Below are positions 9,876 to 18,568 of a stretch of DNA of 64,000 nt, piece by piece. The notes under the pieces are model-generated. The model was not told the DNA's origin and did not search any database. It worked only from the letters and a program-made list of their open reading frames with translations. The stretch is from a virus (lineage: Duplodnaviria > Caudoviricetes). Within the stretch, counting starts at the first letter, position 1; each line of letters opens with the position of its first letter. The translations under genes and the position numbers were made by a program. Where the stretch lies: IMG/VR virus record IMGVR_UViG_3300011616_000001, positions 20,730 through 84,729 of that record; one strand, written 5' to 3'.

Positions 9876-10124
9876 TTAGTGATTAATAAGAGGAGTGTTT
9901 ACAACATATTCCTTAAAATTATCAAATATTAGACCTAATTCTACCCAATAGCTGACTAATCTGAGCATTCGTTGTGCTTCTGGCTCTACACCTAATTCAA
10001 TTAATTTTTTAGATATTGTATCGATTGTGAAACGTCCACCGGGTTGTGACAAAGCAACATTATATACTATAAGATCATAGTCGCTTCCTATATTGCTGCT
10101 ACGTTTAATTAACATATTACACAT
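9876..10124 (-). CDS. Small protein, possibly winged-helix (intron 2 cargo)
   Basis: RBS AGAGGGG within the end of the HD gene; pattern FTIDTISKKL...VSYWVELGLI. Confidence 0.6.
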   Translation of the reverse strand: MCNMLIKRSSNIGSDYDLIVYNVALSQPGGRFTIDTISKKLIELGVEPEAQRMLRLVSYWVELGLIFDNFKEYVVNTPLINH

Positions 10125-10129
10125 GGCAA

Positions 10130-12220
10130 TTACCCCTCTTGTTTAATATTTTTATAGATATCTATTTGATTATCTAAAGTAGTTATTATTAGATTAACTG
10201 CATTTTTGGCAATTTCTACTCCGACACGATTTAAAAACTTGTCAAGATCCAAGTTCCTTTCATATTTCTTTGGTAAAATATAAATGTAAAATTGAGGGAA
10301 AGTATTATAACCCAAATTTAATACATTTCTAATTGAACTTATCTCATGAATAGAAACAACATTCTCTGAATTCTTCTTTTGGCTATGAAACATAATTGGT
10401 TTGGTTAATCCGTTATTATATTTCTTTATAACACAGACTACGTCTTCAATCGAATTTCCCAAGGCTTCCTTACTTTTATTTACACTCTCTTTTATTGCAG
10501 GATTTAAACCAAAAGGTTTTATAGAATACAATATCTTTATACTATTAAATATTAAGCCCTGAAATGTGTTTGAGTCGTTTTCGTAGTTTTCTGTAGCTGA
10601 ATAGAAGACAGAAGCAACATCTTTTAAAAAAGGATCAATTGGAACTTTTGGTGAACTTCCCGATTCTTTATCACTTAAATTTTGCAAGGATTTAATCTTA
10701 CAATCTATGATTTCTTTATTGCTCATTAATTCATTTAAAATTGCTTTATCAATAATTAAGAAATCTTCTAGTCTTTTTATGACCGAAATATAGTACCGTT
10801 TATTCATTAAAAGTTCTTTAAGCTGTTTTGTTAAGTAATTATCTGGATTGCCAATATAATTGCTGAAAAAATGCTTTTTTAATACAGTCAACAACCAAGA
10901 GTCATCCCATTGCGAAATTGCATAAGAACTTTCAACACCAGATATAGGTTTTAAAGCTTTCCACAACCCAGATATGTCATTGGGCAATAAATCAGAGTAT
11001 TTCTCTTCTGCAATTTCGGCTACCTCCTTCGCAGGTATTCCTACTTCCATTGTAGCTGCAGCTTCATTGTCTTCTTCTGGCATATCTTTATTCAGTTTAT
11101 CTTTCAAATATGCAATACTGATATTGGTAATTACATTTTGCATCAAATAATCCGTTTTAACCGCATGATGATGAAATATTATATTTTTATAAATACCCCA
11201 TCTTCGTTCAAGAAAATCTTCCACTGTATTAACCACTTTTATACTTGGACAAAATAAATAATTTCGTTCTTCTTTATTAGTTTTGGCGCTTGTGATGTCT
11301 GCTTGAACAAGTTTCATACTACTAAATAACCTATCGTATTCAATAGTGCCTTTTTTTAATCCTGAGTTATATGCATCTCTTGAAGAGTAGTCAAGTCGAT
11401 CACCATCTAATGATCCATCGATAATAGCATGTATATCTTCAAAATCTTTCTCGGTAAAAATATCACAGGCAGTTCGAACGATCAAAACTTCAAATAATTG
11501 TTTATTATATATTTTTGCATTACTTGAATCACTTTCGTCAATATTATCGACCGAATCCCGTAAAATTCTTTCAGAAATCCTATTCCCCATTTGTTCGTGT
11601 AGTTTTTGTGAACCTGTCCCATTAAATGAGTTCATAATTTTAATGAATTCATTCATTTTAGGGGTTTTATCAGTTATCCCTGATATTATTTCTTTTACAT
11701 CTTCTAATGCAAATTCTGCTACATGACTATATGGTGGATGCCCAATATCATGTAATAGAGCCGCAACTCTAATAGCTTCATGAAGAATTACATATGTCGA
11801 TTGATGATCAAGTGCATTTTTGGGCATATTGAAAAAATTATCAAACTCTTTTGGAATTTTTGGGATTTTTGCTGTACGAAGTTTTTCAAGGCGTTCCCCA
11901 AATTTATTCGCAAATTTATCTAATGCAAGGTTAGGTATTGATTTATTGAGCTTATCTTCATAATGCACAAAGAAATTTTTTGCATGTTCGGGATTAGCAT
12001 TTTTGATTGAATTATAAAAAATATTACTACATAAATGCATTGTACCTATACTGTGTTCAAATCGTTTTGTCCTATTACATGGAAAGGTCATGTATACAGT
12101 GGAATTTTGATACACATCATGAAGTCGGTTAAACATAACATGCGATAAGACTTTTCTTTCCAAATTAGTTAATTCAATATTTCCATGAATACTATCTGCT
12201 ATGATGCCCCTTTTAGCCAT
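10130..12220 (-). CDS. HD-superfamily phosphohydrolase, SAMHD1/dNTP-triphosphohydrolase-like, with long C-terminal extension (intron 2 cargo)
   Basis: IADSIHGNI, FNRLHDVYQN, RFEHSIGTMH, ALLHDIGHPPYSH, LDGDRLDY, IYKNIIFHH motifs. Confidence 0.9.
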   Translation of the reverse strand: MAKRGIIADSIHGNIELTNLERKVLSHVMFNRLHDVYQNSTVYMTFPCNRTKRFEHSIGTMHLCSNIFYNSIKNANPEHAKNFFVHYEDKLNKSIPNLALDKFANKFGERLEKLRTAKIPKIPKEFDNFFNMPKNALDHQSTYVILHEAIRVAALLHDIGHPPYSHVAEFALEDVKEIISGITDKTPKMNEFIKIMNSFNGTGSQKLHEQMGNRISERILRDSVDNIDESDSSNAKIYNKQLFEVLIVRTACDIFTEKDFEDIHAIIDGSLDGDRLDYSSRDAYNSGLKKGTIEYDRLFSSMKLVQADITSAKTNKEERNYLFCPSIKVVNTVEDFLERRWGIYKNIIFHHHAVKTDYLMQNVITNISIAYLKDKLNKDMPEEDNEAAATMEVGIPAKEVAEIAEEKYSDLLPNDISGLWKALKPISGVESSYAISQWDDSWLLTVLKKHFFSNYIGNPDNYLTKQLKELLMNKRYYISVIKRLEDFLIIDKAILNELMSNKEIIDCKIKSLQNLSDKESGSSPKVPIDPFLKDVASVFYSATENYENDSNTFQGLIFNSIKILYSIKPFGLNPAIKESVNKSKEALGNSIEDVVCVIKKYNNGLTKPIMFHSQKKNSENVVSIHEISSIRNVLNLGYNTFPQFYIYILPKKYERNLDLDKFLNRVGVEIAKNAVNLIITTLDNQIDIYKNIKQEG

Positions 12221-12975
12221 AACCCCTCACTTTTGTAATAACAGTATGTAAAATGTATTGTATTTACTTGAAATCAAAAAATGCTTAGTACTGTTATACG
12301 CGTAGTTTTTTCTATATATTACCATATATGCTGTGTTTTTTCTATAACTTTATTATTGTTTTAATTATTTTATATCATTCTAATTACAATTTATCAAGCG
12401 GATTTTATCATATTTAGTCAACTTATCATTGATAAAAAAATAATAAATTGCATTTTTAAAGGTTGTCTATTTTTCTTTAACAAACGACTAAAAATAGTAA
12501 ACAAGCCGCCTGACCTTTTCTAGCAAGGATTATCAGAGAGTCAGAAAACTCCAATAATCACTATACCTTAAAAGCATTCCCAGTAAGGTAGGGGATACTC
12601 TGAGGATCGGTAGTCGTTGAACATCCATTCCAATTTAACCTGTTACTCCTTTTTAGGGGGATATTGGTTTCGTAGACCGTTGGAATGTGTGCTGCTAGTT
12701 ACCCATTGTCGTGTAGCACTTAGGACGTATTTGCATACGCTTGTATTTCACCTTATGCCAAACAACCCGTTTTTTCTGCTTTCGCCGCATATCACGTTTA
12801 TCATTGCTGATTCCGTTGTAGCCGGGATGTTGTTAGGGGATTCAAGCAATTACTCCTCATGACGTTTATTTTAAAACTCCGTCTACACATAATTGTACTA
12901 TGAACCATGCTATCATTTCCTTTTATGTGCGTGCCCAAATTAAAAATCTAATAAAATACCCTTCTTTCAGGGTTA

Positions 12976-13327
12976 AGCGAAGTTTTTGAAAAGTTTGAAG
13001 CCGCCCAGTCCTGCTAGGAGAGGAGTCAGGACGCCGACTTCTTTGACAATTTGTGTTAGGACATTGACGAAGGCTGTGCCACCATCAACAAAGTTTTTTA
13101 GGAAGTCTGAGCTTATTGCCGTTTGAGCAAGGCCTTGGAACGCGGCCTTCAGTCTGCCCAATCTAAATTCGAGCGATTCAGCATACCTGCTCTGTTCCTC
13201 CATAGCTGATCCGGAGGAATTCTTTGAATCGTTATAGGCTTTTTCTACCTGTCCGGATTGGAATGCCTTGATAAGTGCTGCGATTTGGTTACCACGCTGT
13301 TTACCAGCAATTATTTCGAGTAGGTCT
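12976..13327 (-). CDS. Tape measure protein, exon 2 (352 nt)
   Basis: Encodes DLLEIIAGKQRGNQIAALIKAF...SAMEEQSRYAESLEFRLGRLKAAFQ...FKNFA, continuing the TP901-type TMP core of exon 1. Confidence 0.85.
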
Positions 13328-15119
13328 CATTTTGTTCCGCAAGTTCATAACGCTTGCGAGTTATTGGCTTATTCTATAGTTGATTAGGCTATAGATGGTA
13401 TTTCTTTTATAATATTGAGTTTTACAAGTTCATCAAATAGCTTATATTCAATATCATCATAACAAGTAATTCTTATTAAGTATATTTTATTCTTGCGACA
13501 ATAATCGTCTTTTATATTGTCATGGCTTACAGTTTTGGAAAATGAGTTCAGCCCCCAAACTGGACGAAAATGTTGTTCTCCGTCGAATTCTATTAAGGTG
13601 TTATACTCTGGCAGATAAAAATCAAAGGGTAAAGGTCTTTTATCCTTGCAATCTTGGTATTTTTTTTGAGTTTCAAATTGATAGCCCCATTTATCCAACA
13701 GATTACTAATTTGTTTCTCTCCCCAATAAAATCTGCTGCATTTGGGACACGATTTACCTTTTTTAACCATGTGACTAGCATGGGATAGGTATATAAATCC
13801 GCATAATTTACATTGAAGCTTTACATTATTTTTCATGCCATGATATTCTAAAACACTTATATTGGGGACTAAGCGAGTTACTTTTAGAGAAAATTCGTCT
13901 AGAGTCAAATAATTATGAGCGGAAAGTTTTTCTAATCCACATAAATAGCAACCCCTTCCATTTAAAATATCCTGCATGGACTTTGTTGAAATAACATTGT
14001 GCTTAATGCAACGGCATTTAATCCTGGCAGACAGTTTTGTATAAGGTTCCAACAATTGTACATTAGGATTTACTTCTGCGGCTTTTTGCATTACATATTG
14101 TTTGGGCAGCTGTCGCCCAAAACAATATTTACACCCCTTGATATCTCGTTCCATATTTTTCTGTTGCATAAGTTGTATACCAAAATCTTTATGTTTGTTA
14201 CAGATGAATTTAATAAATATAATGCCGTCCATTCTAATCGTATCTATGTATGTAAAATCCTTTGACTCAGCCAAGACCTTATGTTTTTCTTTGTCAAGTG
14301 CAATTCTTTTCTTATTTCCATTTGCAATTCGCCCGCAGTGAGGACACCCCTTTCCCTCCAATAGATGGCCGAGAGTAGTATGTTGTTCCCCAATTTCTTC
14401 ATGTATTTTGCATATATATTTTATTTTAGAACCAGCGTTGTGAAAGTCGGTTGCATCAGACTTGAGTATATAGTTCTTTTTTTCTATATAATGAACAACA
14501 TCATCAAATGAATACTTTTTGTTTCCGCTGGGCCTTTTCAATTTCATGTCTTTTCTCTTACAGGACACCGAGCTTAATGTTCTTGGGAAAAGAAGTACAC
14601 AAAGTTCTTCATCAGACATTAATTTCCAGTTATCAATAATAATTTGTTCTTCTTGTTTCGTCCATTTCAAGTTATCACCCTTGTACTATTTATTTTTTGT
14701 TGGAAGGTAATCAACCTCCATATCACGCCAATAACATCTCTGTGTTTCCACAGACGGTCAGACTATTTCTTAACCACACTCTTTCATATAGAAGAGTAGC
14801 AGTCACACCGTTTCCATTTAAGGGGTTCTCACCCATACCATTAATTTGTACCGTACTCCTATTGCCATAGATATGTATTCTCTGGTCTATGGCCCTTCAC
14901 GGGGATAGTCGTTTGACTCATTCCTATTCGGAACTTCGCGCCCAAGCTACCATTGTCACTCCACTTAGGATTTTGTCCATATGGAATCTCTGTCGTTGTT
15001 TCACTTTCGTTACCTTCATACCAGCATATTTCATCCGTATTGTGGTGACAGAGCTTTAGGTTTTACTGGGTTTAGATGTGTTGTTCTGTGCATATTTCTA
15101 TGCACACAGGCAGAACTTT
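13328..15119 (-). mobile_element. Group I intron 1 of TMP gene (1792 nt) with homing endonuclease ORF in P9
   Basis: Guide 15106-15117 matches the ligated exons at 11/12; P2 GAAA hairpin 15088-15105; P3 15075-15080/14804-14809; R UCAAACGACUA 14906-14916; S AAGAAAUAGUCU 14760-14771; P9 GAAA hairpin 14740-14753; terminal G at 13328; splicing gives EQA-DLLE in frame. Confidence 0.9.
13384..14670 (-). CDS. Intron-encoded homing endonuclease, Vsr/DUF559-like C-terminus with repeated Zn-binding modules
   Basis: N-terminal KWTKQEE Myb-like segment; repeated C..H/CPxC modules; C-terminal GEKQI..LL...LPFDFYLPEYNTLIEFDGEQHF. Confidence 0.85.
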   Translation of the reverse strand: MKWTKQEEQIIIDNWKLMSDEELCVLLFPRTLSSVSCKRKDMKLKRPSGNKKYSFDDVVHYIEKKNYILKSDATDFHNAGSKIKYICKIHEEIGEQHTTLGHLLEGKGCPHCGRIANGNKKRIALDKEKHKVLAESKDFTYIDTIRMDGIIFIKFICNKHKDFGIQLMQQKNMERDIKGCKYCFGRQLPKQYVMQKAAEVNPNVQLLEPYTKLSARIKCRCIKHNVISTKSMQDILNGRGCYLCGLEKLSAHNYLTLDEFSLKVTRLVPNISVLEYHGMKNNVKLQCKLCGFIYLSHASHMVKKGKSCPKCSRFYWGEKQISNLLDKWGYQFETQKKYQDCKDKRPLPFDFYLPEYNTLIEFDGEQHFRPVWGLNSFSKTVSHDNIKDDYCRKNKIYLIRITCYDDIEYKLFDELVKLNIIKEIPSIA

Positions 15120-16831
15120 GCCTGTTCAGTTTGAGAGATGCGATCCCAAACTTCTGCAATACCTTGTAGAATCTCATACGTTGAACGGAAATTTCCTTGG
15201 TCGTCAAATATGTTGACAGTCCCCATTGTCCGATTAAGGATCTGGGTTTGAATTTTTGATATGGAACCTACATTTTCATATTCTTCACCTAATTCTTCGA
15301 GGTTCCCCTTCATTCCGCGAATACGCATTGAGAGTATTTTTAAGCTGTTTCCTGTTTCTGACGCATTTTGAGTTATCTCTGTAGCACCGGTTAACATCGC
15401 CAAACTCTCATGAATATCGTTTCCAGCCATGTTGAGTGCGGCAGCAGAGTTTCTTAGCCCCTCACCTAGTGAAGCTGAATCCGTAGCAAATTTATTGCCT
15501 AAAATATTAAGTGAATCAATAATATCTATCGCATCCGTCGCTTCGATATTGAACGACTTCATGGCCGTGACCATATCACTTACAGCTGTAGCATCATCGA
15601 CCTCGCCAACGTTTGAGTATATGGAAGAGTACTCCGCGAGTACAGCTGATTCATCGACATTGAAGCCCAGCTTTGCCCAGTTAGCACTCTGAGTAACGAA
15701 ACTAGAAGTAGTACGCCCTAACTCCTGAGCTTTCTTGTTTGCATTATCAAGAAATCGAGAGTATCGCCTATCCGTCTCATCCGTAACTTTATAGAGGTTA
15801 GTCATTGCCGTATCAACTTCATAAACTGCCGAAACCATTTGCCTGATGGTTGTAATGGTTTTCATTATCACGGCTGTAATACCAAACCACTGACCAAACT
15901 TACTGGCCTGATCCTTGATACTATCCATAAATGACCTACCCAGCTTGTTTGATCGGCGGGCAGCACCTTCAATATTCACAAACCCCTGTCGTATTTCTTC
16001 TAATCGAGCCTTGGTGATCTGAGCACTTGAATTCAACTCATTTAAATATCCGTTTATCTGAGATCCATACGCTTTGACACCCATAGTCTTTGAGTTCTTG
16101 TCAGCAAACTCCTTGATCCTGTTCGTCAAATTATATCGAGACTGCTCAGAGGCAAGCTTGGTCTCGGCAGTGGTTAACTGTTTTACCTCATTCTTGACCT
16201 TAGCCAACACCTGCTGATACTCTTTCCAGACTGCAACCTTATCCTTTTTGGTCAGATTGGTATTCAGTTTTTGACTGAGTGAAATGAGTGTTTCATAGTC
16301 CGTCTTTAGTCCGGGTGGGATGGCAGCAGTCGCCAACGAATTGTAATTTTTTGAAGCCTTGGATACATCTGAAGACACTTTACTTTGAGCAATAGCCTTA
16401 TTAATTTTCTGTATTTTTTGATATTCGTCATCTAATGCCTTATTAGCGGCCCTGTTTTGAGCTGTAGCTTGTCTCTTTTCCTCGGCTCGTCTTGCTGATT
16501 CGGTGGCTTCTCGGACTCTGCCCATAGCGTTGATCAACTTGTTTTGGGCTTTATCTGCTTTTTCCGCACCAGAGACCGCTTGCTTATAAAATTCTTTAGC
16601 CCATTGATTAGCCTCTTTACTTGAGACCGCATCGCCCATCAAATGTTTTATTTCCTTGCTAAGCGTGCTCACTTGATCGCGTACACTCTTTTTCGATTTA
16701 GCAAACTCCTCTAAATCAAGAGTTGCACTAAGTTTTACTTTCTCCATTAGAAGCTGTTTTTGAATTGCTGGTATACTTTTAGCATCAAGTTTAGCTTCTA
16801 ATAAAATTCTAAAATCTGAATTACTTCCCAT
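15120..16831 (-). CDS. Tape measure protein, exon 1 (570 codons + 2 nt)
   Basis: RBS AAGGAG; TP901-type core VYEVDTAMTNLYKVT...WAKLGF...GNKFATDSASLGEGLRNS...GNSLKILSMRIRG; the track ORF runs a few codons (KFCLCA) into the intron. Confidence 0.9.
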
Positions 16832-16863
16832 GTTGCTCCTTTCCAGATTGACTTTTGAACAAC

Positions 16864-16891
16864 AAAAAAGAGCCAGGATTAACCTGACTCT
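16864..16891 (-). terminator. Intrinsic terminator just upstream of TMP
   Basis: 9-bp stem AGAGUCAGG/CCUGGCUCU plus U6 on the minus strand. Confidence 0.75.
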
Positions 16892-16910
16892 CTATAAAAA
16901 CATTATTTAG

Positions 16911-17066
16911 TTAATAGGACATCGGCTTCAATATCCATGTTGTGTTTGGGTGTGGGTGCTCTTTGATAAATTGAGCAACCTCATCAATGTCCCCCTTATT
17001 TGTGTCCTCTACAATCTCTGTGTTGAGTGCATCACTCTGAATCCCGATTACTTTGATATATTCCAT
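16911..17066 (-). CDS. 51-aa hypothetical protein downstream of LytTR-type repeats
   Basis: RBS GGGGG, ATG 17066; MEYIKVIG...TWILKPMSY. Confidence 0.55.
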   Translation of the reverse strand: MEYIKVIGIQSDALNTEIVEDTNKGDIDEVAQFIKEHPHPNTTWILKPMSY

Positions 17067-17113
17067 ATTAAATACCCCCTGTTTTATGATAAGGTGAGTA
17101 TATATTAGTTGGT

Positions 17114-17162
17114 TACAAAATAGAATCCATATGTACAAAATAGAGGTTTATATGTACAAAAT
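17114..17162. promoter_or_regulatory. Candidate LytTR-binding direct repeats
   Basis: ATATGTACAAAAT at 17129-17141 and 17150-17162 (21-bp period), third partial TACAAAAT at 17114-17121. Confidence 0.55.
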
Positions 17163-17902
17163 CAGGACAGCATAAAATTATCCACTTCAAAATATTCTTC
17201 AATGCTTTTTCTGAAACTCTCATAGTAAGGAGGCGTAACTGGTATCTCTTCCTCGCCAATAAATACCTTGTTGTGGCTGAACGATGTAACATACACAAGG
17301 TTGACCAAATAGCTTTTATGTATACGAACAAAGTGTGGATGTATCCTTTTCACCTCGTCTTCAAATACATCCAACTTTTTATAGATTTTATACGGAAAAA
17401 ATTCTCCATACTTGAGCATAAGTCTTGTGGCTCGGTGATTGAAGGTGGCATATTTTACCTCATTTAAATCAACCTTATAACCAACCTGTTTAAAACTGAC
17501 TAAATAGAACCTTTTTACAGATGCATTCAATTCGGATATGACTTTTCTCAATACACTATTTACGTCATCTTGCAATAGTGGTTTAGTTAAAAACCCAGTA
17601 GGATCAGCATTTGCCACATCCATAGTATTCTTGGCGTTTGCATAAAAGGAGATAAAGATCATCTTTGTATCAGGATATGATTTCTTAATGAACCTAGATA
17701 CGTTTGTTCCCCTTTCATTTTTACCGATCATTACGTCCATAAAAATGATATCGAATTTCTTCTCCTCATTAAGATATTCAATCAACTTACTGCCCAAATT
17801 AAAATACTCAATGTGCAATGGCTCCTCAAATGGATATTTCTCTATGTACTTTATTAAATCCTTGATCTCACTCTTTTTATCGTCACATATTGCTATATTC
17901 AT
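17162..17902 (-). CDS. AgrA/VirR-like response regulator (REC + LytTR)
   Basis: MNIAICDD, FDIIFMDV (phospho-Asp), GFLTKP, and LytTR motif HFVRIHKSYLVNL. Confidence 0.92.
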   Translation of the reverse strand: MNIAICDDKKSEIKDLIKYIEKYPFEEPLHIEYFNLGSKLIEYLNEEKKFDIIFMDVMIGKNERGTNVSRFIKKSYPDTKMIFISFYANAKNTMDVANADPTGFLTKPLLQDDVNSVLRKVISELNASVKRFYLVSFKQVGYKVDLNEVKYATFNHRATRLMLKYGEFFPYKIYKKLDVFEDEVKRIHPHFVRIHKSYLVNLVYVTSFSHNKVFIGEEEIPVTPPYYESFRKSIEEYFEVDNFMLS

Positions 17903-17954
17903 ATCTATATGATAACGCTTCGTCACGGAAAAGGGAATAGATTATTTTTGGAAG

Positions 17955-18374
17955 TCAGGAAGTACGAAGGCCTCTTGCTGCAAGTTCTTTGCGAAACAGA
18001 GGAACGACATTTTCTTCAGCATATTGAATAAAGTCTGTCCAGTAAAAGCCGGGACGGAAGATATCTGCAGAACCATGAAAGCCATATGATGCGAGATTAG
18101 CAACATCGTAGCCAGAGATACCAAGATAGTGCATTACACTCAGATCAATAAATACTTCAGCCGTATTTTTATCTACAAGATTGAATTTAGGAGATTTGAG
18201 GAACATATATGATCGTGTATACCATTCCGGTTTGTACATGTCATAAAACTCAGTCCGAATGTATTCTTGCAGCTTCTCAGCCAAGTGTTGTGCCACAGTT
18301 TGCAAGGCTTCTTCTTTAACACCCTCGATGTATGCCGCTATATCGGCCACTTTTGAAAATGCTTTAGCACACAT
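17955..18374 (-). CDS. Phage virion morphogenesis/tail-region hypothetical protein
   Basis: Position in the tail operon; YDMYKPEWYTRS motif. Confidence 0.55.
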   Translation of the reverse strand: MCAKAFSKVADIAAYIEGVKEEALQTVAQHLAEKLQEYIRTEFYDMYKPEWYTRSYMFLKSPKFNLVDKNTAEVFIDLSVMHYLGISGYDVANLASYGFHGSADIFRPGFYWTDFIQYAEENVVPLFRKELAARGLRTS

Positions 18375-18375
18375 A

Positions 18376-18564
18376 TTACTTCAGCTTCAATGAAGATATC
18401 ATTACCGCCAGGTCATCCGGAGAAGTAGTATTCAGTACTGCCACCAGATTCTGAAGTGCACCGCGAACATCCTCACTACTTTCATGTATTCTAATAACAT
18501 ATCCATACAGGATAGCCTTTGCTTTGATTTCTCTATTCTTCATTTTAATCCAATTAATAATCAT
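18376..18564 (-). CDS. Hypothetical protein
   Basis: RBS AAGGAG before ATG 18564. Confidence 0.55.
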   Translation of the reverse strand: MIINWIKMKNREIKAKAILYGYVIRIHESSEDVRGALQNLVAVLNTTSPDDLAVMISSLKLK

Positions 18565-18568
18565 ATGT

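Larger units (their letters stand above)
9316..12975 (-). mobile_element. Group I intron 2 of TMP gene (3660 nt), carrying three passenger ORFs
   Basis: 5' exon ends in U, intron ends in G; guide 12933-12953 pairs with the ligated exons (3-bp P1 with U.G plus 18-bp P10); P3 12854-12859/12601-12606; P6a 12680-12687/12626-12633; R element UCAACGACUA 12611-12620; J8/7-P7' AAGGUAUAGUGA 12558-12569; removal restores the TMP frame. Confidence 0.8.

Noticed and set aside
12617-12862. 81-aa plus-strand ORF
   Set aside because: Lies antisense over the intron 2 catalytic core, with no SD and no recognisable motif.
15098-15119. C-terminal KFCLCA of the 577-aa ORF as a real protein end
   Set aside because: These codons are the intron 1 guide and P2; the TMP core continues in exon 2.
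14981-15169. 62-aa plus-strand ORF
   Set aside because: Antisense to the intron 1 core and exon 1; shadow ORF.
16911-17066. 51-aa ORF as an AgrD autoinducer precursor
   Set aside because: No amphipathic leader, no ring Cys/Ser with hydrophobic residues, no charged tail; no agrB in the window.
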